This document shows positions 42,191-55,426 of a stretch of DNA of 64,000 nucleotides, piece by piece. The notes below the pieces were generated by a model that was not told the DNA's origin, did not search any database, and saw only the letters and a program-made list of their open reading frames with translations. The position numbers and the translations under genes were made by a program. The stretch's first letter is position 1. Every line of letters begins with the position of its first letter. Location of the stretch: NCBI RefSeq assembly GCF_009914755.1, contig NC_060933.1. One strand, given 5' to 3'. The stretch is from the human T2T-CHM13v2.0 reference genome, Homo sapiens.

Positions 42191-42439
42191 TCTAGAGAGG
42201 CTACAATGTGGCTGCTTTTAATTCCTGTGCCAGCAACACAATTTGCTTATGTAGGTCAGAAAACAAGAAATGTGCTGAAATTGAAGAGCTCCATTGGAAT
42301 CGCCTACCTGGGTCAAGGTTGCTGATGTACTCTGAGTGGTTGGAGAGAAAACTGAAGATCTTATTAATATTTTGAACTGATGTCCCCAAGGTTTGTTGTA
42401 ATATAATTCTCAAAACTTAAATGCCATCAGACTATACTG

Positions 42440-42620
42440 AGCAATAAGTACTAGCATGAATCAGAAAACCTCCAACCAAACTCTGTAGCCTTAGACAAAT
42501 GATCTATTTTCTATGAGCCTCAGCCTTCTCATCTGTAAAATGGGAATAATAATTATCTACTAACCATTTAGAATTGGGGTTTATCATTTAATAAATTTTT
42601 ATATGAAAGTACCTTGAATA
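42440..42620 (+). mobile_element. MIR SINE
   Basis: TGAGCCTCAGCCTTCTCATCTGTAAAATGGGAATAATAAT. Confidence 0.75.
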
Positions 42621-43652
42621 TTACATGAATTGGCTTTTATTTTTAATCCTTCAATGAATTTTTTTTTTACCTATAATCCTTTCATGTTCCATCTCAATAC
42701 TCACTCCCTCATGTCATCATGGACTCTAAAAATTCTAAGATAATTAAGGTTAAGACAAAGACCACAAAGTGACAGAATATTTTGAGATTTTTACTGGCTA
42801 CATGAAGACCTCCTTGCCCTGGAATTCAGACAGCATTCCAGTGCAAACCTGATTCAGAAGAGGATGGTTTATAAAATAGAACTAGTTTTACATTTAGATA
42901 GCAAAGCAAGTCCCTTTTCACTAATATCATACCCCTTTCAACACAACACCATACCCATCTCAAAGAGGACAGCCTTGGAGAAAATATCAAGAGAACTGGA
43001 AACCTTAACTCTTTTATGTTGTATTGGATAGCTTTTGGCATTGTCAGCATTTACTTATATGCATAAAGAGTTTGTGCTTTAAAAGACAGATATGCATGAG
43101 AAATAAATTTGAGATAGAGCTAAAAGCATACCTTTCTATCAGTTTCCAAGCACAGCACTTTTAGGCATAGATGTGAGAGTTGGAGGGCTGTATATGAACA
43201 CATTTCTAGAGATAGACTTAACACATGTCCAAAATTTATTTAGTGGGAAAGGAAAAGAAAATAGAACCTACATATGGCTAGTCATAAAAAAACCAATCTG
43301 ATTTAGGAGATACCCTATGAGTGAAAAATTGGAGCAAATTTGAAAGGTTTTTGCACTTTCCAAGTCCACAGCTAACACAATTTTAATATTAGGCATCCAT
43401 ATCCTTAATGCTATCATAATAATTCACAGCAAATGAAATTTTGATTCAGTTAAATAAAAAGCAATCAAATAAATAAGCACACTTAACCCAAATCATAATT
43501 TCCCATTATCTTAAAGATGATGTTTCAGGAACATTAAGTAATAAATTATTTTAAAATAAATATTATGACTTTTTTAGATAATTTATAAATTATTTTTGTA
43601 AACAAGAAATTCCTTTAAAGTATATTTCTAAAGAGTAAAACTTAAAAAGTCA

Positions 43653-43964
<312 letters not shown>

Positions 43965-44872
43965 GTTGAAGATGCATGTATACTACAACCTAGCAATACC
44001 ACATTTCCTATAGAAAAAAACTGCTCGAATATAAAATAGGCATAAAATCTAATTGGCACTGTTTTTATTAATACTAAAACAGGAACACATCCTTACTGTG
44101 TCCTTCACTCAGGAAATGTAATAAAACATTCTAAGGCTGCTCAGATGAATAAATTAGATGTATGAGTATCAAAATAATAAATCTTTTAAAAAAGTTAAAG
44201 TGTGATAATATTCACTTATTTTTCTACAAAGAAATGTAGCAACATTACAAAAAAAAAAAAGCTAAAGAATAATAACATGCCCTTTTCAGAGAGTGATTCA
44301 TTTTGTAGGAGAAGTTATTACTGAAAGTATTGGTGAAGGTGAAGGCTGACACTTTATGTGAATTTATAACATGTTCTCTTTTGTATCAGAAAAAAGATCC
44401 CTCAGCCAATTTTTGGTCAAATAATATCTATTTAAATGATTGATGAGAACATGGGTACCTGTTATTTTTTTATTCTTTCTGTATTTTGAAATATTTTGCA
44501 AGTTAAATAACTATTGTGAAAATAATATAAAAGTGGCAACAGAAAGACAGCTATTATAGCTGTTCTATTAACAAGTTGTTCAACATCTGAAAGGTGACAC
44601 TATTCTAGACAGTTGTGAGGCTGGAGGACAGGGTAGAATTCAAGTTGTTGGGAGGCTGTGCATAGTCACTAAGTTCCCTTCTGTTTCAAAAATATATGAT
44701 TCTATGAAATAAATATGAGAAAATCCTTTTGCTGTAGTTTAAAAAAAAAGTCGCCTTGAACTAAAATGACCATATAATTCTAAAAGCATTGTGGCTTATT
44801 TTGGCTCTGCTGGCTTCAGGATTGTTTTATTCTCATATTGAGAAACGAAGCAAGCCACCACTAGTAAATGAG

Positions 44873-45468
44873 TGCAGTGGACCCTATCAGTACCCTGCCA
44901 AGATCTCCCGGGACCCCTTCCACTTTTTCTATGCATCCCTCCCTTGCCATGTATGTGCTTTTGCTTCTAATAACTAGCATCTGTGACTGCCTTCAAACAA
45001 ATGCCCCAGGCTACTTGAGCCACCATTGCCTGCTCAGACAGTAGAAAGTGCTTGATGTTTGATTTTCCCCACCTCAGGGCAGTCAGAGCCAATGACTGAT
45101 GGAAAGTGTGAGGTAATGCATATGTGAATTAGCTTGATTTAGCCACTCCACAATGTCTCCATATAGCAAAACATTATGTTGTATACGATAAATATATAAT
45201 TTTTGTCATTTTAAAAAATAAACATTAAAAAATAGAAATCCCACCTCCTCACAGAAGAAACTCTGAGGTATAGTTTGCGCAACAGAGCTCCCCATGGCAT
45301 CAGACTGGAGCCAGGATTTTACCTAAAATTGCACCCTTGTTTGACCTCTTCCTTTTCCTGGTTCTGCTTTTTGCACTCCCTTACTGTTTTCTCCTGGGAA
45401 CACTTAATAAAGTATTTGCTTGCAAATCCTTGTCTTAGGGTCTGCCTGAGGAAGTCTGAGGCAAAACA
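44873..45468 (+). mobile_element. ERVL LTR16-like LTR with a short L1MA 3' end inserted (~45105-45235)
   Basis: GCCAATGACTGATGG, AACTCTGAGG, AATAAA...CAAATCCTTGTCTTAGGGTCTGC; insert GTGAGGTAATGCATATGTGAATTAGCTTGATTTAGCCA plus A-rich tail. Confidence 0.7.
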
Positions 45469-47930
45469 AGCAATTAATGAATGTATTCATTCTTTTAACA
45501 TGACACTTCGTGGATCAAATCATTTTTGTCAGTTTTGTCAGTCAAATATGATCATCTCTAAGTTCTCATGAATTCATATCTAGGTCCTATGTAAAAACAG
45601 GACTTTGAGTAAGAAATGAACAAATTTCAGGAAAATCTCAGAAAACACAGGAGGACACTTAAGGTCCCCTCTGTTAGAGTATAATATTAAGAGAAGAAGT
45701 AGGGTTTATTCTACCCCATGTTATCACGGGCCACTTGATAGGTTTAAATTCTGTGCCCTCTTTCCCAGCAGCTCCTAGAAAGAGATGGCAGAAGTCATAG
45801 TGCCAGATGGTCTGCTGTTGTGCCTGGCACGTGATGTCAGCAGGGCTTGGCAGCATGGTGGCACTCAATGAAAGGAACAGAAGCACTCAGCCATCATGTT
45901 GACACTTGGCCAACGCAGCAGTACACAAGTGGCTGTGGCACTGGTGCCCAGGAGAGCAGAGCTGCCTGGTGGGCAGACATGTCCTAGCATAGGTAACAAA
46001 GGCGATATCTGACAGATGCCATATGGTACCTGACTGAGCAGTTCTGAGAACACATGTGAGTGACTCTTTGGATAAGGATTTTGCAGAGGGCTAGAGGGTG
46101 GCCTGAAGAGTCAGAGATTAGTGCCAGTGGAATGGGATACTATTACTATGGTCCATTCATACTCTCAGCATGGAGAAATAGTCTATTGGCTTGTCATCAG
46201 AAAGGACAAGGAAAACTGTTTGAAGCCTATGGCCTCAATTATTTTTTCTAAAATGCGTAAGGCAAGAAATGGCATTGCTTTTATGAAGCATTTACATTTC
46301 TAAGAATGAATGATGGGTGGGTGAACTGTACTTAGGCATCAAAGTTGGGAATATCTAATGTGAGAAAAAGGTAAGGGAGGTAATTAAAGGACAGATACAG
46401 AGATTGCCACACATCAAAGGCCAGGTTGTGATAAAAAGTCATAAATGTGTAAATATATCCAGTGAGCATAATGATAGATTTTCTTCATAAATGTTAAATG
46501 TAGTGTTAAAGATGATTAGATTTCTTGAGGTTTACAAATGAGTAGGCAGGTACTGCATAAAGATTCTTGATCACACACAGCTGTAATTCAACACACCCTA
46601 ATTTTTGCACAATTAGTGTATTTTTATTTTAGACAACAGAACAAAGTGAATTAGTCATACTGCAACTTGAATAGGTGAATATGACTTTCTCTCACCTTAA
46701 TGGAATTTCACCCCACAACTTTGAATTAATGTGCTAGGTAATAAGAAATCATGCTCTTGGCTATTTAAATTATAGAGCATTATCTCATAACTAAAAATAA
46801 TCAGTTGTGGCATTTAAAAAATTATTTTATTCCAGTTACACTTCTGTACAGAAAATAATATTCATAAAAGCATCTGCTACATTTAATATATATTGCTTTG
46901 AAATGTATGTACAAATAGATGGTGAGTAAAACCAATTCTGGTCTAATATCTATGATTTATCATTCCTTTTATCAGCAATTACTACATTTCTCTATACTAA
47001 GTTTTAATGTGTTAATATCTTACTTTCATTTTAAAATTGTTTCCTATATTATACAGCAACTTCAGTAGTTACACGTATGCAAAATTGTTTAAAATACAAG
47101 GTTTCCTTAGCTTCTCTCCTAACAAGGGACTTTTAATATCCATTGGAATATACTTTCTGCAGATGTGTTTTTTGAAAATTATACAAATAGAAATAATTTG
47201 GTTACTTTATCAACCAAAAATCTTAGGTCTAGGGTGTCTTTTGAAAGCACTGTGTTAAAACTGCAAATCCTGAGAATATATTCACTAGATTTTCAATAAT
47301 ACTCTGGCAATAAAATTTTATAATGCTGTTTACCATTCGATTATTCTTAGTGTCGGATGGGAGAGGAATTATTACTTTAATTATTAATTATTAGAAGCCT
47401 GTGCTATTTGGAGGACAGAAATGTGGGATATTTTTATACTATACAACATTTCCTATATCTTCTGACTCTGTATCCAGGCCTGATGACAGAGGGCTCACCA
47501 AGAATTGCAAGTTTCCAAGTGTCTCAACTTCCCATTTCCACATGTCCTCAAAACTCTGCCTCTGCAACAAAGGGTTAGACAAAATAGTTTGCATTCTAGT
47601 AGACTGAATCTTTCTTTGCTATTTACAAGGATGGGGCAAATTTCACTTTACTAAGTACAGAAGTGAACTTCGGGAAGTGTCACGTTGAGAGAAAAATGTA
47701 TCCTTTTGGCTAAGTGAATGAGATTTACTCTCAGAGACAGGTAAGATATGAATTTTTATTTTTCCACTTAGTTAAAAACTTGAGCATTGCACAAATCAAT
47801 AATTCCGTCACTAAATGCATCAACCCATAATGTAACCCATAACTGTAAGTCCCTGGTAACATGAAATAATCATATTACATAATCATATGTGTCCTAAGGC
47901 GTCACTATGTGTAGTGCAAAGCAGGCATAT

Positions 47931-48239
47931 TGTAATGGCTAATTTTATGTGTCAACTTGGCTGGGCATGGTGCCCAGTGATGTGGTCAAACATTCTAGAC
48001 AGTTCTGTGAGGGTGTTTTTGAATGAGATTAACATTGAAATCAGTGGGATTTGAGTAAAGTGGATTGCTTTCCACAATGTAGGTAGACCTCCTGCAATCA
48101 ACTGAAGGCCTGAATAAAACAAAAGACTGGCCTCCTCCCAAGCAAGAGGTAATATTGCAGCAGATGACCTTTGGGTTTGAGCGTGTATATATATACACAT
48201 ACATACAATGCTCTTGTTTCTCTGGAGAATAGTAATACA
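47931..48239 (+). mobile_element. ERVL MLT2 LTR (C-like), internally deleted
   Basis: TGTAATGGCTAATTTTATGTGTCAACTTGGCTGGG start; TGTTTCTCTGGAGAA...TAATACA end. Confidence 0.85.
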
Positions 48240-50189
48240 CTTTTATTTTTTCATTTAGATATTATAGGTTTAAATTCCTCCTCCACTGTGTAAGTATTGC
48301 ACAATGTGGAAGATTATCTAATGTCCCTTAGTCTCAGTTTCATTATCTATAAAGATAATTTTTAAAAACACTAGTTATATACAATTCTCAGCACCAGTAA
48401 TGACCATGCAGCTGAAACGAAAAGGTGAAAATTTCTCTTTCTGTACTCTATATTGTATTTATGTTTCTGGTTCTTACATATGAGATTATAAATTATTTGA
48501 AGGAAATGAGCACATGTTATACTTCTTTTTATCACTAAGCATTTAAGACATAACTTCTAGTGGACTGAAAATAGTTAGAGAATAAAACTGTTTATATATT
48601 AATGGAAAATGAGATTATGTGATTTGAAATCGGGCCTGATATTTAATTATTTATTTTTTCCAAACTCTATAAATCATTCTTATTATTTGATGAAATTCCT
48701 ACAGAGCATTGCAGTTGTGCTCACAAATATGTCACATGGACAAATTCAGAATAAAGAGGCAGGGAAATGGACTATGCCTCAAAGGGAACTGCAAAGGTAT
48801 ATAGTCAACGGGCATAGATACAGGGAGAAGTAAAGAATTGGGGCAATTGGAAATCAATCTGCCTCAACAATAACTGTATATTAGAAAGATATTTGATAGC
48901 CAAAGATAAATCTCATACAATTAAAAAGTGGTAGGGCAGTGGGAAGATAGAAGGAAGCATAGTAAAATATATAGCCTGCATGAAATAGAGGAATTACACA
49001 TATTTTATGAATATATAATTATAAAGGTAAGCACTAAACTATATCATTGTTCATAAACTTCTTAAATATTAGAATAACTTCCTTTAAATATGAAAAGTAA
49101 AACCTCAGGAGCTTGAAGCTGCAGTGAGCACAGAGAGAAATCCAAAGCAAAAATTTTAAATGGAAAAAAATAACATAATAGAAGACCAAACTTATTTTCA
49201 TATCAATAAATTTAAATGGTATAAATGCAGTTATTAAAATAACTTCAAATGGGTTAACAAAGCAAAACTCTATTCATGAAATGGATGAGACACATCTAAA
49301 AGAGAGTGATTAAAAAATAAGAAAAGAAAATGATTCAACTTGAATAAGCAACTTTTAACAAACTATTAATAATAGCATTATTATAAATGCTAAGAATGGC
49401 ATGTCAAATTTAAATGAATATATAATTCTGTAGAAGTGTTTTTAAAATGACTATAAAATAATTTTTTAAATATTATAAGGCAATATTGCAATAATTCATT
49501 CATTTTTTAAAAAGTTCAACAAAGTAAAGTGATTCTTTTATACTACAAAGTAAGTCAAGATTGTCCAATCTAGTGTAACAATTTGATGTCATTTTTAAAT
49601 TACTTCACTTAAAATAATATTTGATAAATGGGGTTCTATTTATGTGAAAGTAGCAACAAACTACAGAAGTACTAATAACCAGAGCTGCAATAAAGCAAAT
49701 TTTTGTTTTCAAATAAATGTTTCATTTGATTGGGAATATCAGCATTAAGATTATTTTGAAGTTTTAGTCATAAAATAAATATTTGTACATGAGTACATAT
49801 ACTAGGAATAATCTTAAGAGTTTATAAAAAGTATTTGCTGAATATTAAAGTAGGATTTGGAAGAAAAACTTTTAACTTGTAGAATGGATCACATTAAATA
49901 TAATCTCAAAGTACATGAGAGCAAAAAGGTGAAACAATCAATTATTTTACTATCTTAAACATTGACTTTTAACACTTCAAATTACTATAGATAAATTAAT
50001 CCAAGATATATTTAATAATGGTATCTATACATATTATTTAAAAATTACTAATGAAAAGCACTAATTGTTAAATTATATAAAAATGAATCTTTGCATTTCA
50101 ATACCTTATTTAAGACCAGAATTTGAACATTATGCTAAACTACTTAATACATTAAAGTGACAGGCACTGGAAAGGCCATTACTCAAACA

Positions 50190-50522
50190 TCCTGAATTAA
50201 TCTGCTTGAACTGCCACAGCAAAATACCATCCACTGTTGAAGTTTATTTTCTCACAGTTCTGGAGGTTGGAAGTCTGAGTTTAGGGTGCCAGCACAGTGG
50301 TATCCTAGTGAGGGCTCTCTTTGTGGCTTGCATATGGCCACCTTCTCCCTGTATTCTCATGTGGCTGAGAGAGAGAGAAAGAGAGACAGCAATCTCTATG
50401 GTATCTCTTTCTATAAGGGTACTTGCCATCACGTGGGCCCACTCTCATAACCTTATCTAAAGCTAATTACCTCCCAAAGGGCCCATCACATTGGAGGGTT
50501 AGGGCTTCAACATGTGAATTTT
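50190..50522 (-). mobile_element. MaLR LTR (MLT1A0-like)
   Basis: TTTATTTTCTCACAGTTCTGGAGGTTGGAAGTCTGAG...GGGTTAGGGCTTCAACATGTGAATT. Confidence 0.85.
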
Positions 50523-50527
50523 TTCTT

Positions 50528-51000
50528 GTATTTAAGGAAAACAAAAAGCTTATAAAGTATGAGACAAGAAAAGTAGAGCAGTCTGAGCTATGTGAGGTAA
50601 GCAAAATTTATCAGGTCCAGAGAGATTAGAGTATGAGAAAACTTCGGTCATGTAAACTTCCACCCTTCTGTTCTCCCACCCTGGCACCCATGCCCCAGGG
50701 CAATAGTTTAGAAGCATTTTGTTCTTTTCTTCTCTGTAGTTTCTTGACTAGCTTCCACACCCATTATCTTCAAGTTCCTGGAATGTGTGATACAGGGAAC
50801 AATGTATAACCGATCAATAGGTTATGTTGTTTTAATATTAGTATAAATTACTGGTACACAACTTAGGAACTGCCTCTTTCTTTCTCCTTTAAATACTCAA
50901 CTTGCATCCATGCTCCCAGTGTTACTCAGTCCTCAAATTTGGCCCAAATAAACTTTCTATTTTTATGAATTTTGCCTCAATTTCTTCTTTTAGCTTGACA
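50528..51000 (+). mobile_element. Class I ERV solo LTR (MER34/MER39-like; subfamily uncertain)
   Basis: GAGCAGTCTGAGCTATGTGAGG; CAAATTTGGCCCAAATAAAC poly(A) signal; ends TTGACA. Confidence 0.7.
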
Positions 51001-51612
51001 AGTACTAGTCATAATACGTGGAACATAGCAAGCTTTATCAATGACATCTATTACTGCTGCTACTACTACTACTTGCAACAATACTATGTACTATACTCTC
51101 TTAAGCAATAGGCATCACTAAAAACAGAATTATAAAATGCACACAAAATTGTTTGGTTTGTGAAAATGATTCATTACAATGTTTTCTAAGTTCTGAACTC
51201 ACCAAAAATGAACATAGAAACTTCATGACAACAAACATTTAAGTTTAATTGTTGGCAAATCACAGCTGGAATACACACCTTAGGCTTGTTACATAAATTG
51301 TCTATTTATTTTCTTTTCCCTCAACTGTCTCATGCAATAATCCCTGGTCACACACTAGGTAATGGCAGAGCTGGACTAACTTATCTCCTAATATCACAGA
51401 AGCAGCAGGAACAGAGAGAAAGATTGTTTATGAACTGTGGCAAGCCATACAAAGGAATAAGAAAGAAGACGAGGGGTATGGGGACAGGTTGACTTCTCCC
51501 CATTCAGAACTGTTTTTCCCATTCTTACCCAGTTATTTATCACAGATCACATCTTCTGTAAAGAAAAGAAAGTATGGATTGAAAAACTCAGAAGCTCTCT
51601 CCCTCACATTTC

Positions 51613-51843
51613 TTTTTTTTTTTTCTCTCTGCCTCCCGGGTTCACGCCATTTTCCTGCCTCAGCCTCCCGAGTAGCTGGGACTACAGGCACCTGCCACCA
51701 CACCCAGCTAATTTTTTGTATTTGTAGTAGAGATGGTTTTTCACCGTGTTAGCCAGGATGGTTTCGATTTCCTGACCTCGTGATCCGCCCACCTCGGCCT
51801 CTCAACGTGCTGGGATTACAGGCGTGAGCCACCGCGCCCAGCC
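51613..51843 (-). mobile_element. AluY lacking about 60 nt of its 3' end
   Basis: Y-type GGGTTCACGCCATT, CCGTGTTAGCCAGGATGG, GACCTCGTGATCC; TSD TCTCCCTCACATTTCTT at 51598-51614 and 51844-51860. Confidence 0.95.
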
Positions 51844-51957
51844 TCTCCCTCACATTTCTTAGATGACTGACTAAAACTCCTATTTAATGGACAGAGTAAG
51901 GAAAAGAGGGAAAGAGAGTCGCTTCCTACAAAGCATTATATTTAAAAAACAACAGTA

Positions 51958-52257
51958 GTCTTGGCACAGTGGCTCACATCTGTAATGTTTGGTGGAGCTG
52001 AGGTGAGATGATTGCCTTGAGACTAGGAGTTCAAGACCAGCTAGAGCAACATAGCCAGGCATTGTCTCTGCAAAAAATAAAACATGACCTAGGTATGGTG
52101 GTGTGCACCTGTCGCCCCAGCTACTTAGGAGGATGAGGCCGGAGAATCTGGACCTCTGAAGCCCAGAGGTTTGAGGCTGAAGCGGGCTGATTGCACCACT
52201 GCCTTCCAGCCTCAGGTGACAGAATGAGACTCTGTCTCTAGAACAACAACCAAAAAA
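51958..52257 (+). mobile_element. AluJ (highly diverged)
   Basis: Dimeric structure; AGGAGTTCAAGACCAGC...GCAACATAG. Confidence 0.88.
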
Positions 52258-52451
52258 TTGATTTCAGAATCACTTACCAATCTTATTCATTCTGAACAAA
52301 TTTTCTATGATTATTTGAGGTCAGAACTATAGGAAAATGGCTTAGCAGAGCTCCTCCCCTTGATGAATGAGAAAAGGAGAGATAAGGAGAAACAGAAGTT
52401 TTGTAGAGTAAAATGTACATTAGGAAAGTTTCTCAACTATAAAGCATGTAC

Positions 52452-52604
52452 TATATATATGCACGTATGTGTGTGTGTGTGTGTATATATATATACACAC
52501 AGAGAAGTATATATGTATATATATATATATACAAAAAGAAGTCAAGATAGAGGAATGATCTTGTTGATAAGAGGAAAATGAGAAACAAATCCATATATAT
52601 ATAT
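52452..52604. repeat. (TA)n/(TG)n microsatellite containing copy 1 (52537-52593) of a 57-bp duplication
   Basis: Directly visible. Confidence 0.92.
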
Positions 52605-53183
52605 GCCTCTATAAGTAAGCAAGCTGCTTGCTTACATGACTTTTCTGGATAGTTGGTTCCATAGCAATCATGAGTACAAATTGTGTGTAATATCACATTT
52701 ATACTAGCAGATTCATGGTTTTCCTGCCATGATTTGTAAAGTCTTCTTGGGTCATCATTTATTAAACCCTAAGTAGAATCTGAAAAACTTGTACTGATAC
52801 CAACAAGTTTCTTATGTGAAAGATATTTTGAAATTTTTTTTTCTGAGTAGAAGGCACCTCAGTTCTCAGTTTCCTCTACAGTCCTATATTTTGAGGGAAA
52901 CTAGCAGTTCTAAAGGCGAGTTGTAGTGGACAATTGTTAGTTTTGACTTTCAAGAATCTGTTACCCATTTTTGGAAGCTCTACCCCAACTTCCTACTGAG
53001 ACATCACCCACTCTTGGAACGGCTCTCAGTTCCTGGATTTTGTTTAGTTTCCTTCACCCCTATCTTGAGGGATGGAGCATATAACCCAGTCCTACATTAG
53101 TCTCTGCCTTGCATTCTCCTGCCTACATTGATCAGTTCATGGACAGTTGCAGCCCTGAATCTATTGCGAGAGCCTCAAGAAAG

Positions 53184-53240
53184 AGAAGTCAAGATAGAGG
53201 AATGATCTTGTTGATAAGAGGAAAATGAGAAACAAATCCA
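53184..53240 (+). repeat. Copy 2 of a perfect 57-bp dispersed direct repeat
   Basis: Identical to 52537-52593 by base-by-base comparison. Confidence 0.95.
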
Positions 53241-53269
53241 AACAATGCCTTTTTCTTATCTAATAGCTA

Positions 53270-53575
53270 AAGGCCTCAGGCTTTTCTAGAAGCTGTTCCC
53301 ACTGCCTAGAACTTGGTTTCCCAGGCAGTCATATTACACGTTCTCTCACTTCCTTCAGGAGCTTCTGCAAATGTAAATAAGAGATGCTTTTCCTGACCAC
53401 TTTATCTTATTTTCTTATTCCAAAGCTTTCTAAGGTACTGTTATGTAGCATACATATTTGTTACTGTATTATTTTCCTGTTTTACAGAGGAGGGTTTGTT
53501 TTGTTCACAGCTGTATACCAGTACCTATCACGAATTCTGAAATATAGTAGAAATTTAAGTGAGATTTATTGAATA
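53270..53575 (+). mobile_element. L2 3' end
   Basis: GCTGTTCCCACTGCCTAGAA...TTTTCCTGACCAC...TTTTGTTCACAGCTGTATACCAGTACCTA...ATTTATTGAAT. Confidence 0.75.
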
Positions 53576-54860
53576 ATTTTTTTAAAAAATCAAACAAGGA
53601 TTGTCTATTTAATTAATATTCTAAAATTAAACACACAAAAAGTTGCAAAAATGCACTATGAAATCAAATATATCTCTCACCTGGATTCACCAATTGGTAG
53701 TATATAGACACATCTGTTTACTACCGGCCTCTCTATGTGTATCAACTTTCCTTTTGCCAAATAATCCCAGAGTACACATTTTCTTTTCCAAATATTTAAG
53801 GCAATTTTACAACTAGCTAGTGAATAATGTCACGAAAAGTAACAACAGTAAAAGTACTCCTACAAAATATCAGGATCACATTGTGCAATCTCAAAAGATA
53901 AAACTAAAAATAAAATCACAGTTATTTTTTCCTCCTACCTATATGGATTTTTATGAACAAACCATAATAGGGAGTAAATCTGAATGAATATTCAGCTCTA
54001 AATTTATTAGATAATTAAGCCTGATGGGAAAGAATGATTTTGTGTAGTGGGTCATATTGCTGGGTTCTTTAATATTTATCTTCATTAATTTTGTCCTGTA
54101 TTTGCATATGAAGTGTTCTGGGTTAGAGACAGATTTCTTATTAAATGACTCACAGTAAATAATAACTGTGTAACTCCCCCTTGCCCATTGCTCTAGTTCT
54201 TACCCCTAGGATGATGCTATGAGAGCCAGAGCAAGTATCCTATGTGAGTACCATTGGTATTGACACCCCACACATGGGTAAGTCAATAGGAAAAATTGTC
54301 TTTCTCTCCTTACAAAGGGGAAGGAGTTCTGCTCCCCTAAAAGGGACTCCTTATACTAGCTTTTCAGTATATCAATAAAATATCTTACTGTGATCCAGAT
54401 AGCCTTATGTGTCTCCAGCTTCTATGACCTAGAGATGCCTCCAAATTCTAGGCTACATCCTTTCTGACAGAGCTTTACCAAGGGACCTTGTCTAGATTGT
54501 AACCATTTGGCCCTTTCTAGGAGTTAAGAGGAGTTTTACTATTCTTTCAGATCAGAGCAATTACCAAAGTCTGTACATCTGATACTCACATTATGTGAAG
54601 AGTCTCATGAGGCTAGGGTTTTGCATGAGCACTGAGAAAGCCAAGGTTTTATTTCCTCATACATGGTTAAATAAAGGATCGTTTCTTCAAAATAATAAGT
54701 ATTTATAAATACAATTATTTATAATTTTAGTCAGTTTTCTGTAGTAACAATAAGAACCTAAATCATGTCCAAGTTTCTTCTAACCTAAAAGGGAAGTCTT
54801 CATTCTCTTTAAAGGTTCTAACCAGCACCTCTCTCCATAACTTAAAAAAAAAAAAAAAAC

Positions 54861-55426
<566 letters not shown>

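Noticed and set aside
45908-45917. GGCCAACGCA, equal to the last 10 nt of tRNA-Gly
   Set aside because: Too short to distinguish from chance; no flanking support
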